From an uncultured virus (IMG/VR IMGVR_UViG_3300027126_000148) (Duplodnaviria > Heunggongvirae > Uroviricota > Caudoviricetes), in the IMG/VR virus record IMGVR_UViG_3300027126_000148: DNA of 64,000 nt; one strand, written 5' to 3'. The position numbers and the translations under genes were made by a program. This document shows positions 9,072 to 16,949 of this stretch, one piece after another. The stretch's first letter is position 1, and every line of letters begins with the position of its first letter. A model generated the notes under the pieces. It had not been told where the DNA came from, ran no database searches, and was given only the letters and a program-made list of their open reading frames with translations.

Positions 9072-9146
9072 TGGAGCCACGCTACGGAATCGAACCGTAC
9101 TCTGAGGTTTACAAAACCCCTGCATCGCCAACTATGCTTGCGCGGC
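9072..9146 (-). tRNA. tRNA-Thr(UGU) with encoded CCA
   Basis: GCCGCGC-AA-GCAT AGTTGGCG ATGC-A-GGGGT TTTGTAA ACCTC-AGAG-TACGG TTCGATT CCGTA-GCGTGGC-T-CCA folds into a cloverleaf. Confidence 0.9.
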
Positions 9147-10037
9147 AAATTCCTGCAATTTAAAGATCGCTAAATCTTTACTCTTCAATTCTATATCAAA
9201 GTCAACAACTTGTCCAAAGTTTTTTGGATGATTTATTGGCATGTCTGCATGTTTGCGAGTGCCGTCTATTCCTTCAGAGTAATGAAATAAAGGTTTGGTG
9301 GGCCAAGTGCGATAAGCATCATTAAACGCCTCTTCATCAGATTGATCGCCATGCAAGAGAGACTGATGCAAAGAATCGAAGGTAATTGGAATCCCATGAC
9401 GCTCATAAAAATACTTAATCAAGTTCTTGACTGACCAAGTGCCATTTTTGTTGTCATTAACTTCAAGCACCAATCTATCTTTTACACTTGGCTTAAGGCG
9501 ATTGTAAACTGAAATAAATCTCTGAGAGAGTTCTTCTGGATCGCCATCTTGTCTGATGTGAATGTTTAAAGGCGAGCGATAATCTTTGGGGCAATCATAG
9601 AGATCAAAGAGCATGGCGTGTTCGTCTAGGTCTCTGATTGAGTTGTTAACTACTTCTTCTTTCTGAGAAGTGAAACTAACAAACTCTGGAGGGTGAGCGG
9701 AGATTCGCAAGCCCGATCTCTTTATCTCTTTCTTAGTTTCATCAATGATATCAAAAATCTCTTTCGCATCGTCAAGTTGAGTGAGATCAAGATTAAGATC
9801 AGGATGACTAAGAAGAGGAGTAATCTCGCTAGAAAGTCTGTAAGATCCAATTCCGCTCTGAGCGCAGTGAGAAATTGTTTTAAGAGTGACATTGAAATTG
9901 TTAAGTATTCTCTTGGAGAGAACTTTCATCCCCTCCTCCCTGCCTAGGGCCTTGAATCTTGTGTAGGTGAGCGTTTGAAACTTGTCTCCTTTTTCGGATA
10001 AAACAAGAGAAATGCAGCAAAGTCCGTAATTTATCAC
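9132..10037 (-). CDS. uvsE: UV DNA damage endonuclease (UvsE/UVDE)
   Basis: YGLCCI, YRLSS, SAHP, NIH, LEVND, FDSLH, HYSE, HAD, DIELKSKD motifs. Confidence 0.9.
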   Translation of the reverse strand: MINYGLCCISLVLSEKGDKFQTLTYTRFKALGREEGMKVLSKRILNNFNVTLKTISHCAQSGIGSYRLSSEITPLLSHPDLNLDLTQLDDAKEIFDIIDETKKEIKRSGLRISAHPPEFVSFTSQKEEVVNNSIRDLDEHAMLFDLYDCPKDYRSPLNIHIRQDGDPEELSQRFISVYNRLKPSVKDRLVLEVNDNKNGTWSVKNLIKYFYERHGIPITFDSLHQSLLHGDQSDEEAFNDAYRTWPTKPLFHYSEGIDGTRKHADMPINHPKNFGQVVDFDIELKSKDLAIFKLQEFAAQA

Positions 10038-10043
10038 GCCCCC

Positions 10044-10071
10044 ACTCTAGCTGCTCACAAGGGGAAAGCAA
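10044..10071 (-). promoter_or_regulatory. sigma70-like promoter TTGCTT-N16-TAGAGT, near-leaderless
   Basis: -10 ends 6 nt before the GTG start of uvsE. Confidence 0.5.
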
Positions 10072-10073
10072 GG

Positions 10074-10301
10074 TTAAAATTCAAAATCTTCGTCTTCCAT
10101 CCGCTTGATCAAGTCGTCAATGCGGCCAATCTCTGCTCCTGCTTTGTTTTTCAAGTAAATGAGCTTATTTAAATGAGAAAGAGTTTCTTTGTCATTTTTT
10201 GATTTCTTAATAAGACCCATCGTTGTTGCGATTTCCTTCTTTAGCCAATTAGAAGTTTTCTTAATCATTAAGCATTGCTGCTTGGCTTCTTTTTCAGTCA
10301 T
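10074..10301 (-). CDS. Hypothetical protein
   Basis: ORF in operon. Confidence 0.5.
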   Translation of the reverse strand: MTEKEAKQQCLMIKKTSNWLKKEIATTMGLIKKSKNDKETLSHLNKLIYLKNKAGAEIGRIDDLIKRMEDEDFEF

Positions 10302-10750
10302 TTGTTTAGTTTGATTTCTTCTAAGATGGCGAGCAGATTCTCATCATAAATGCTAGTCCATCCAGTATTAAAGCCAGCTTGATCCTTAGCGAGAGTCTTA
10401 ACCCACCCTTTAGAATTCCTTCCTACAGTTTCATTGAAGACTCCTGTTTCTTCGCAAATAAAAGAACTTAAACTCTCTGCCGCTTTAACTGCGCCGTAAA
10501 TCTCTTCACTATCTGTTCCGCCATAATAAAGTCTAAGCGTTCCAAACTTCTCTTTGATTTGCAGAACCTTAAAAGAGTCCATCTCTTCGGGAGGTTTATC
10601 CTTGTTTATGTAACCTAAAGTATTTTCAACTCGTAAGAATGCCCAATTCAAAAGAAAAAACCAACCATCAGAACAATCAAACGACAATCCTCCCTTATCA
10701 AAGAAAGGGGCGAAACGGTTGCAAAGATAATTTTCTAGCTTTACATTCAT
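10298..10750 (-). CDS. Phage protein of the QIKEKFG.LR.Y family
   Basis: GW...QIKEKFGTLRLYY...AESLS..ICE..G. Confidence 0.65.
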   Translation of the reverse strand: MNVKLENYLCNRFAPFFDKGGLSFDCSDGWFFLLNWAFLRVENTLGYINKDKPPEEMDSFKVLQIKEKFGTLRLYYGGTDSEEIYGAVKAAESLSSFICEETGVFNETVGRNSKGWVKTLAKDQAGFNTGWTSIYDENLLAILEEIKLNK

Positions 10751-11100
10751 TGTTTTTCAGATAAATCTTCGATTACTGCTTCTGAAGTATCCCATCTAAG
10801 ATACTTTTCTAAATCCATTATATGAAACAATTCATCTTTTGCCCAAAGAATTTCTTTTCGATTTCCAAGAGTAGATTCTCGGTCGCTTATTGAACCCATG
10901 ACGGCGCAAGAAGTATAATTGTAAGCAAAATCAAGAGTGAAGTACTGGTCCTCAGTTTCTCCCTTCCAGATTTCAACTAGCAATTCTAATTCAGTGTTAA
11001 AAAACTTTTCTAATAGGCAGAGACGAGCGATTTTAAGATCTCTCATGTACTGAGAAGGATCTTCTTTTCGTGTTTCACTATTACTTGTGGATGTATCCAT
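10747..11100 (-). CDS. Hypothetical protein
   Basis: ORF in operon; start uncertain. Confidence 0.45.
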   Translation of the reverse strand: MDTSTSNSETRKEDPSQYMRDLKIARLCLLEKFFNTELELLVEIWKGETEDQYFTLDFAYNYTSCAVMGSISDRESTLGNRKEILWAKDELFHIMDLEKYLRWDTSEAVIEDLSEKQ

Positions 11101-11708
11101 ACTTTGTGACCTTTTTCTTTTGCTTTTAGGCAGAAGCCAACGTCTTCCATGCAGAAGTCGTGAGCATTACCAATATTAAAGAAGATCGGCTGGAACCAAG
11201 GATAATCCAAACTCTCAAATATGCCTTTCTTAATTAAGATAAAACCAAACCCAGTGTAGTCAGCTACGAAGGGTTTTGTTTCGCCTACTATATCTTCTCT
11301 CTGAACGAACTTAAAGTAACCATTTTTTTCAAAAAACTTTTCATCCCAATCTACTACGGTTGCAAACTGATTAGGTTCTCTAGTCCCATTTGTCATTAAA
11401 TATAAACCTGATGCAATATCAACTTCCATCTGAAGAAGTTTAATAAAGTCTTCAGGTTTGAAGATGATGTCAGAGTCTATCCATAACATGTAATCATAAT
11501 CAAGCTTTCCGCTCCAAGGCTTTTGATCTTTGCCAGCTTGAACATTGCCGCCAAGACACATGTTTCTGACGTAATAAATATTACATGATTCTTTCCTTGA
11601 CAATAATACATGAATACCATTGTGAAGACACCAATGATAGAATTCGATAAAGGAATCAAGAAAAGCCCCGGAAAAGTTGTTTCCGGGGATGCAGATAACT
11701 AGCTTCAT
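11043..11708 (-). CDS. GT-A fold (GT2-like) glycosyltransferase-like protein
   Basis: WIDSD (DxD), TGFGFILIK, EDVGFC, H motifs. Confidence 0.75.
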   Translation of the reverse strand: MKLVICIPGNNFSGAFLDSFIEFYHWCLHNGIHVLLSRKESCNIYYVRNMCLGGNVQAGKDQKPWSGKLDYDYMLWIDSDIIFKPEDFIKLLQMEVDIASGLYLMTNGTREPNQFATVVDWDEKFFEKNGYFKFVQREDIVGETKPFVADYTGFGFILIKKGIFESLDYPWFQPIFFNIGNAHDFCMEDVGFCLKAKEKGHKVWIHPQVIVKHEKKILLST

Positions 11709-11717
11709 AAATAAGAA

Positions 11718-11864
11718 TTACTTCTTCGGCTTCTTCTTATTCTGATTTAGACAGATGGCAACACGCTGCTTCTGGTCTGGATATTCGTCCTTTGGAATGT
11801 CGGTCATGCAACGCCCCATGAACTTCTTTGGATCTTCGCCCTTGCGCTTGTTTGGTACTGGCAT
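11718..11864 (-). CDS. Small phage protein (48 aa, MPVPNKRKGEDPKKFMGRCM...EYPDQKQRVAIC)
   Basis: Manual translation; F..RCM...EYPD..QR.AIC pattern recalled from small phage proteins. Confidence 0.6.
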   Translation of the reverse strand: MPVPNKRKGEDPKKFMGRCMTDIPKDEYPDQKQRVAICLNQNKKKPKK

Positions 11865-11865
11865 A

Positions 11866-12027
11866 TTATTTAATTTTAATTTTTAACTGCAAATTTTTGT
11901 TTGATTTTTCTTCAATATAATCTCTGGCTGCTTGTTTGCCTTCCTTTGAATAAGGAAAGGCTCCATAGGTGTAATTATTTTTCTTTGAGATTACCATGTA
12001 GAATTTTTCTCGTTTTAGTTTTGGCAT
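11866..12027 (-). CDS. Small hypothetical protein (53 aa)
   Basis: Manual translation MPKLKREKFY...YGAFPYSKEG; fills the gap with 1-nt spacing on both sides. Confidence 0.55.
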   Translation of the reverse strand: MPKLKREKFYMVISKKNNYTYGAFPYSKEGKQAARDYIEEKSNKNLQLKIKIK

Positions 12028-12028
12028 C

Positions 12029-12277
12029 TTATTCCTTTATTTTATCGATCCTTAACAAAATTTCATCAATCTTGTCTTCCTCTAACCTTTTTTTAGCCAA
12101 AAAAACCTCAAGATTTTTATAAAGTGATTCTAACTTCGCTTCTCTTTCCAAAGAAAACTCTTTTCTCTCGACTCTATCTATTTCATCAAGAATCTCAGAA
12201 GTTTTATTCATCCACCAAGCGGTAGTCTTCTGAAGTAAAATAGCGTCTTCAAAAATTTTGTTTTCTTCAGCGGTCAT
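12029..12277 (-). CDS. Hypothetical coiled-coil protein
   Basis: ORF; GTGTAAT motif upstream. Confidence 0.55.
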   Translation of the reverse strand: MTAEENKIFEDAILLQKTTAWWMNKTSEILDEIDRVERKEFSLEREAKLESLYKNLEVFLAKKRLEEDKIDEILLRIDKIKE

Positions 12278-12317
12278 CTTAGCTATATCTTATATTACAC
12301 ATTCTATTTTATCGTGT

Positions 12318-12977
12318 TTATTTGGCTAGTTCTGGCTCATTCTTGAACTCATAATACATAAGTTCTTCATCGCCAGCAGTCCACTTATAGGCAAGCCCTT
12401 CACAAGAGAACTCATGTCCGAAAGGTTTCCAGTTTTTTGCCTCTGGAGGAAGCGGGGAGCCAATGAAAGCTCCAGAATCTCTCCAAACTATTCTGTTGTT
12501 TGGTTGAGCGAACATTTGCCCTCCTTCTCCCCAGAAGATGTGAGCGCATTTATGCCCAGCAGATATCTCAGAATAACCTAAATTATAATCATCACCATTA
12601 CACCAATCAATCGTGAAGCAGTACTTGCCCACATGTTTGCTCTTGTCTTTCAAAAGAATATAAGCAGAAGCGTTTTTTAAATAATCAAATCTCTGAACTG
12701 TGAAATAGTAACTAAAACTATCCCACAATTGCAGCCAATGTAATTCATAGTCAGTGTTTGGGTTACCGTCAAAAGACAAGTAGTGAATTGGAACCCTTGC
12801 AAACTGTGCGCCAAACTCACTCATTACATTAAACATTAAGCATCTCTTTGGAATCGAAACCGCAGAGAATATTTCGACTGGGAGCCATTCTTTTATGGTT
12901 CTAGGTTTTGCGTTATGCAGAAAGGAAACGTCAAGGTATCCAATCTGAACTGGTATTGATGAACTTAGATAACTCAT
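12318..12977 (-). CDS. Conserved-type phage hypothetical protein
   Basis: LQLWDSFSY...YCFTIDW...HKCAH...AQPNNRI.W pattern. Confidence 0.6.
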   Translation of the reverse strand: MSYLSSSIPVQIGYLDVSFLHNAKPRTIKEWLPVEIFSAVSIPKRCLMFNVMSEFGAQFARVPIHYLSFDGNPNTDYELHWLQLWDSFSYYFTVQRFDYLKNASAYILLKDKSKHVGKYCFTIDWCNGDDYNLGYSEISAGHKCAHIFWGEGGQMFAQPNNRIVWRDSGAFIGSPLPPEAKNWKPFGHEFSCEGLAYKWTAGDEELMYYEFKNEPELAK

Positions 12978-12982
12978 AAAAT

Positions 12983-13005
12983 AAAAACCCCGCCCGAAGG
13001 CGGGG
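12983..13005 (-). terminator. Rho-independent terminator after hsp20
   Basis: CCCCGCC-TTCG-GGCGGGG-TTTTT (cUUCGg loop). Confidence 0.85.
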
Positions 13006-13011
13006 AGTAAC

Positions 13012-13350
13012 TTAGGTTACTTTAACTTTCTTCGGCTGATAGGCTCCCTTAACAGGGACCGACAAAGTAAGTAGTCCGTTCTCAGCAGAAGCTTTCAAAA
13101 GAGAAGCGTCCGCTGCGGAAGGAATCCATAGCGAAGCTTCAGCTTTCCTCTTCGTGTTAGATGCTTTAATGGTAACTGAATCGCCAATATCTTCTCTCTT
13201 TACTGTAATATCTAAATCTTCTTTACTGAAACCCGGTACTTCAATTTCAGAAATATATTCGTTGCTCATTTTATCTAGCACGAATGAATCTTTATTGTAA
13301 AGATCTAGTTTTTGAGTTTGACCATTGCTTGATTGAATATAGTATATCAT
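13012..13350 (-). CDS. Small heat shock protein (Hsp20/alpha-crystallin)
   Basis: EVPGFSKEDLDITV...ASAENGLLTLSVP...PKKVKV. Confidence 0.85.
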   Translation of the reverse strand: MIYYIQSSNGQTQKLDLYNKDSFVLDKMSNEYISEIEVPGFSKEDLDITVKREDIGDSVTIKASNTKRKAEASLWIPSAADASLLKASAENGLLTLSVPVKGAYQPKKVKVT

Positions 13351-13364
13351 AGAGTTTTTCCTCT

Positions 13365-13381
13365 AGCAAAAACTGTGCCAA
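13365..13381 (-). promoter_or_regulatory. sigma54 (-24/-12) promoter
   Basis: TTGGCACAGTTTTTGCT with GG-N10-GC spacing, just upstream of hsp20. Confidence 0.75.
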
Positions 13382-13451
13382 CTTTAAAAACCGCCTTTTT
13401 ACTGCTTATTTGAGACATTCTGAGACAAAATTGGTTGTCACAGTGACAAAG

Positions 13452-13937
13452 TTACACGCCGGTACTTCCGAATCCGCCCGTTCTGTCGCTTGAAGAAAGC
13501 TGGGTTACTTCTTGCCAATCAACAGCGTGATATTTTTCAATAATAAGTTGTGCGATTCTGTCTCCAGCTTTAATATTGAAATCAAAACTTGAACCAGCAA
13601 TATTTGGAGTAAGCCCCATCATACTTGCGAGATCAATACTTAGATTCATAAGGACAACTTTAACTTCTCCACGATAACTGGAATCTACAACTCCAGCAAG
13701 AACATCAATTCCGTTCTTGACTGCTAGACCGCTGCGAGGAGCAATTCTTGCATAATAACCTTGAGGAACTTCAATTGAAAGGCCAGTGCTAACCAAAGCG
13801 CGGCTCATCGGCTTGATCCTCACGTTTTCAGTTGCGTACAAGTCATAACCAGCATCTCCAGTCTTTTGGCGAGTCGGCGTGATGGCTGAGTTATTTAGTT
13901 TTACAAACTTAACTGGTATGATTGATTCTATATCCAT
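13452..13937 (-). CDS. dut: dUTPase (trimeric)
   Basis: AGYDL, RSGLA, GVVDSSYRGE, RIAQL, RTGGFGSTG motifs. Confidence 0.95.
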   Translation of the reverse strand: MDIESIIPVKFVKLNNSAITPTRQKTGDAGYDLYATENVRIKPMSRALVSTGLSIEVPQGYYARIAPRSGLAVKNGIDVLAGVVDSSYRGEVKVVLMNLSIDLASMMGLTPNIAGSSFDFNIKAGDRIAQLIIEKYHAVDWQEVTQLSSSDRTGGFGSTGV

Positions 13938-14386
13938 GATTGTAAATGAGATTTAATTTTAGAAAGGTTTTCTTCTTTTAGTTCTTGATAATGAATTTTA
14001 TAAAAATCAAAGATCTCTTTGAACTTGTTGCATTGATCATACTCTTTGATATAAAATACTCTTTGAATCTCATGAGAAACAATGTCTTTGGCGCAAGCGA
14101 AGCAAGGGGAGATTGTCAAGCATATACTCTCTCCTTCTCCTTTTCTTATCAAGGACAAAGCGTTAGTTTCTGCATGAATCATTATTTCTCGCTTTCTTGG
14201 ACGATTTTCCTCTTTCTTCATCCACTCTTTGACTGGGAAGCCTTTCTTGAGGCCATTGTACCCAGTTGAAATTATTCTTCCCTCTTTGTTTAGAATGCAA
14301 GCCCCAACTTTGGTGTGAGGGTCTTCGCTTCTAGAGGAAGCGGCAAGAGCCATCATGCATCCATATTCGTGCCAAGAAAGTCTCAT
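13928..14386 (-). CDS. dCMP deaminase
   Basis: RSEDPHTKVGAC, GYNG, HAETNA, PCFAC; start moved to MRLSW at 14386. Confidence 0.9.
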   Translation of the reverse strand: MRLSWHEYGCMMALAASSRSEDPHTKVGACILNKEGRIISTGYNGLKKGFPVKEWMKKEENRPRKREIMIHAETNALSLIRKGEGESICLTISPCFACAKDIVSHEIQRVFYIKEYDQCNKFKEIFDFYKIHYQELKEENLSKIKSHLQSWI

Positions 14387-14463
14387 GGACAATATTCTCG
14401 CGCAGCAAAAGCAAAAAATCAAGTTTATTTGGAGCTTTTTCTGGCATTCTTGTATGATTAAGT

Positions 14464-14880
14464 ATGACAATCGCAGATGCTTCAGTTAAATTATATCAAT
14501 GGTATTTTCAGAATGATAGTTTCTGTGAGAATGATTTTACCAAACTACTTACCATTTCCGAGAATCCAGAATCTGAAAGGGCTTGCGTCTTGTGTACTCT
14601 TGAAGAGTTTGAGAAGAACGGAATCGTAAAAAAGGCAACGTTTAAAAATAATAATTATTGGATTCTTTCTAAGAAGTTTGATGCTTACGAGCAGAGCGTC
14701 ACCATCTCCCCTAAAACTTCTTTCATTATCGCAGAAATTATTAATTCTTATTGCGCTCTCATTGAAAACGATTCTGAAAGATGCAACCCAGCTTCAATCA
14801 GCGAGAAGGACATCAAGAACCTTTTGGTCATCTTCAGCGAGTTGCGCGAAAAAACTTTTGACAAAACCAAGTCCCCATGA
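14464..14880 (+). CDS. Hypothetical protein, first gene of the plus-strand arm
   Basis: ORF with TATGAT just before the ATG. Confidence 0.6.
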   Translation: MTIADASVKLYQWYFQNDSFCENDFTKLLTISENPESERACVLCTLEEFEKNGIVKKATFKNNNYWILSKKFDAYEQSVTISPKTSFIIAEIINSYCALIENDSERCNPASISEKDIKNLLVIFSELREKTFDKTKSP

Positions 14881-14887
14881 CTAGGAT
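14858..14887 (+). promoter_or_regulatory. sigma70-like promoter TTGACA-N18-TAGGAT
   Basis: Perfect -35; predicted start about 14893-14894, at the 5' end of the structured region. Confidence 0.55.
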
Positions 14888-14892
14888 GAGTT

Positions 14893-15320
14893 AGTTCTTT
14901 GTCTGGGTGAACAGCCTACTGGGGATATCCCAGTTTGAACGCATCAGAGACATCAGGCCCGTAAAAAGACCCTAGTCAACTGGATCTAAGAAATCCAACG
15001 CCATTTCGGGAAAAGGCGACGTTCCGCAAGGAGAAGACTTTGAAAAAGCTGAAACCTCATTTTTCTCAAAAGAAAAAGCTGGCAGTTCGTCCTAAGAAAA
15101 ATCCCACCCGCAAAGACAAAGAACTTAAACAAAGAGTTAGTCATTAGCTAGGCTTTCTTAAGAAGGCTGAAAATCTGATAAACAGACTGCGAAGGATTGA
15201 AATGGGTAACTCTTGATTATTTTGAAATCTCTAACTCTTTAGAGATGACAAGCCTTTTCCTATTTTAACTCAAAGAAAAATCATAAAGCTGGCAGTTCCT
15301 TTTACAAACCAGCCTTTCTT
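14893..15320 (+). ncRNA. Candidate structured non-coding RNA of unknown class
   Basis: No ORF of 60 aa or more; 12-bp perfect closing stem 14893-14904/15114-15125, several internal hairpins, second domain 15132-15214, upstream promoter. Confidence 0.55.
15075..15298 (+). repeat. 14-nt direct repeat AAAGCTGGCAGTTC (15075-15088 and 15285-15298)
   Basis: Seen directly; both copies are preceded by CTCAAA(A)GAAAAA. Confidence 0.8.
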
Positions 15321-15337
15321 AAATACTATTACTTACT

Positions 15338-15970
15338 ATGTCTAACCTGTGTTTAGGAATTGCTGGTGCAGCTACTGTTGGTAAGGATACTTACTATAAA
15401 TTACTAAAGGAAGTTTGTTTAGAAGACTTTGGAGTGAACGTAGTAAGGTTTGCTCTAGCTGACATTTTAAAATCTGACTTGCGAGATTTTATTATTAATA
15501 AGCATGGAGTTGATATTATAAATTGCTCTTCTGAAGATAAAAACAAAGTGAGATTTGAACTTGTTGAACATGCAAGAAAAATGAGACAAGAAACAAATGG
15601 AAGATATTGGATTTCAAAATTAGATGAAGTGATTGAAGAATACAAGAAGAGTGAAATTTTTAAAAGCTCTGATATTTTTTGTGTAACTGATATTAGACAC
15701 TTCGAATATCCTGCTGACGAAGTGGTCTGGCTAAAGGAAGAAAATAAAGGGATTTTAATTTATGTTGAAAAATTTTTTGATGACGGTTCAATTTGCAATC
15801 CTGCGAATAATGATGAGAGAAGAAACGATCCTCTTCTTAGAGAACATTCTGATTATATTGTTCGCTGGAAGCATGCAGATCCTGAAAAATATTTGAAGTC
15901 TTTGGTTAAAAAGACTGTTGACATCTTCGTAAAAGAAGGTAAACTTTTCGCACATGATAGACTCAACTGA
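15338..15970 (+). CDS. Deoxynucleoside monophosphate kinase-like P-loop protein
   Basis: GIAGAATVGKDT, FALAD.LK, VTDIR..YP.DE. Confidence 0.75.
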   Translation: MSNLCLGIAGAATVGKDTYYKLLKEVCLEDFGVNVVRFALADILKSDLRDFIINKHGVDIINCSSEDKNKVRFELVEHARKMRQETNGRYWISKLDEVIEEYKKSEIFKSSDIFCVTDIRHFEYPADEVVWLKEENKGILIYVEKFFDDGSICNPANNDERRNDPLLREHSDYIVRWKHADPEKYLKSLVKKTVDIFVKEGKLFAHDRLN

Positions 15971-16541
15971 CAACGAACTTGTAACGAAGGTAAAACTTCA
16001 ACAATGCAACCAATCATTAAAAACTCTTATAGAAAGGCACTCGCCTCTCTGTTTTGATATTTTTAAGAAATACAACAAGATTCTTCAAGAAAGAGGAATA
16101 AGTCCAGAAGATCTTGTAAGTGAAAAAGATTACATTATCTATAAATGTACTCTTAATTTTGACGAGACACAAAATAGCAAGTTCTCGACTTGGCTCGCTA
16201 ACCATGTTAAATACAAATGTTTAACAAACATTACTAAACACAAGTGGGCGATTTCTCTTGATGATGAAAATCAGAAAAACATAGCAGCAAATTTATGCCA
16301 AGAGATTAATGATTTTGAAGAAAAGAAGGAGTTTGTTTTTAATCTTCTTTCTCAGATGAAAGACAAGAGGCTGGAGAAAATAATCATGCTGAGATACTAT
16401 GGGGACAAATCTTCTCGTAAATGGAAGAATATATCCAAAGAACTTGGAGTCACATATCAAACAGCAATCACTTTACACAAGAAAGCTTTAGAGTTTCTAA
16501 AGACGAAAATCGAGAGCAAAGAAATGCAAGATTTTGTGTAA
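15954..16541 (+). CDS. Phage sigma70-family RNA polymerase sigma factor
   Basis: Region 2-like FDETQNSKFSTWL and region 4 HTH WKNISKELGVTYQ...LHKKAL. Confidence 0.75.
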   Translation: MIDSTDNELVTKVKLQQCNQSLKTLIERHSPLCFDIFKKYNKILQERGISPEDLVSEKDYIIYKCTLNFDETQNSKFSTWLANHVKYKCLTNITKHKWAISLDDENQKNIAANLCQEINDFEEKKEFVFNLLSQMKDKRLEKIIMLRYYGDKSSRKWKNISKELGVTYQTAITLHKKALEFLKTKIESKEMQDFV

Positions 16542-16591
16542 ATAGACTTTACTTTTCGGGATGTATAGGCTAGTATTTTATTGCATATATT

Positions 16592-16948
16592 ATGCCTACT
16601 CCTAATACTAACAATACTGAAAGTAATACAATTCGACGCGAACTTGGCGCACTTTGGAGCCGTAAAGGTTCTAGTGGTTCTGAGTATCTAACTGGTAAAT
16701 TCCGCCTTAAGGATATCAAGGATAACTTTGACGAAGTTAAGATCATTGTTTTCCCGAACAACAAGAAGAAGAACGACGGCTCTCCTGACTTTCAGATTTT
16801 TATGGAGAAGGCTCAGTACGAAACCCTCACTGGAACTCAAGGCGCTCCCGCTCCTGCTCCAGCAGCAAAGGCCGCTCCTCGCGCAGTAGTTAAGCCTCTT
16901 GTAAAGGCCGCAGTCAGCCAAGTCAGCGCAGATGATGATTTGATCTAA
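16592..16948 (+). CDS. DUF736-like putative ssDNA-binding protein
   Basis: GALW.RK...YLTG...PNNKK...SPDF and acidic tail DDDLI. Confidence 0.55.
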   Translation: MPTPNTNNTESNTIRRELGALWSRKGSSGSEYLTGKFRLKDIKDNFDEVKIIVFPNNKKKNDGSPDFQIFMEKAQYETLTGTQGAPAPAPAAKAAPRAVVKPLVKAAVSQVSADDDLI

Positions 16949-16949
16949 C

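Noticed and set aside
11666..11688. Hairpin CCCCGGAAA...TTTCCGGGG
   Set aside because: Inside the 5' coding region of the GT2-like gene with no clear terminator context
11969..11975. GTGTAAT on the plus strand
   Set aside because: Lies antisense within a small minus-strand ORF with no downstream plus-strand gene; treated as chance
14387..14470. N-terminal extension of the dCMP deaminase ORF (similarly 413-448, 5307-5324, 36203-36232)
   Set aside because: The extensions run through promoter-like sequence or the previous gene; downstream ATGs fit family starts and coupling better
14893..15320. RNase P RNA, tmRNA, group I intron, hammerhead or retron msr-msd as identity of the structured region
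   Set aside because: No GAGGAAAGUCC or CGGCUUA boxes and no tRNA-like ends. TCAGAGAC...AAGACCCTAGTC loosely recalls group I R/S elements, but P7 pairing is poor, P8 is missing and no gene is interrupted. No CUGANGA core, and no reverse transcriptase in the window.
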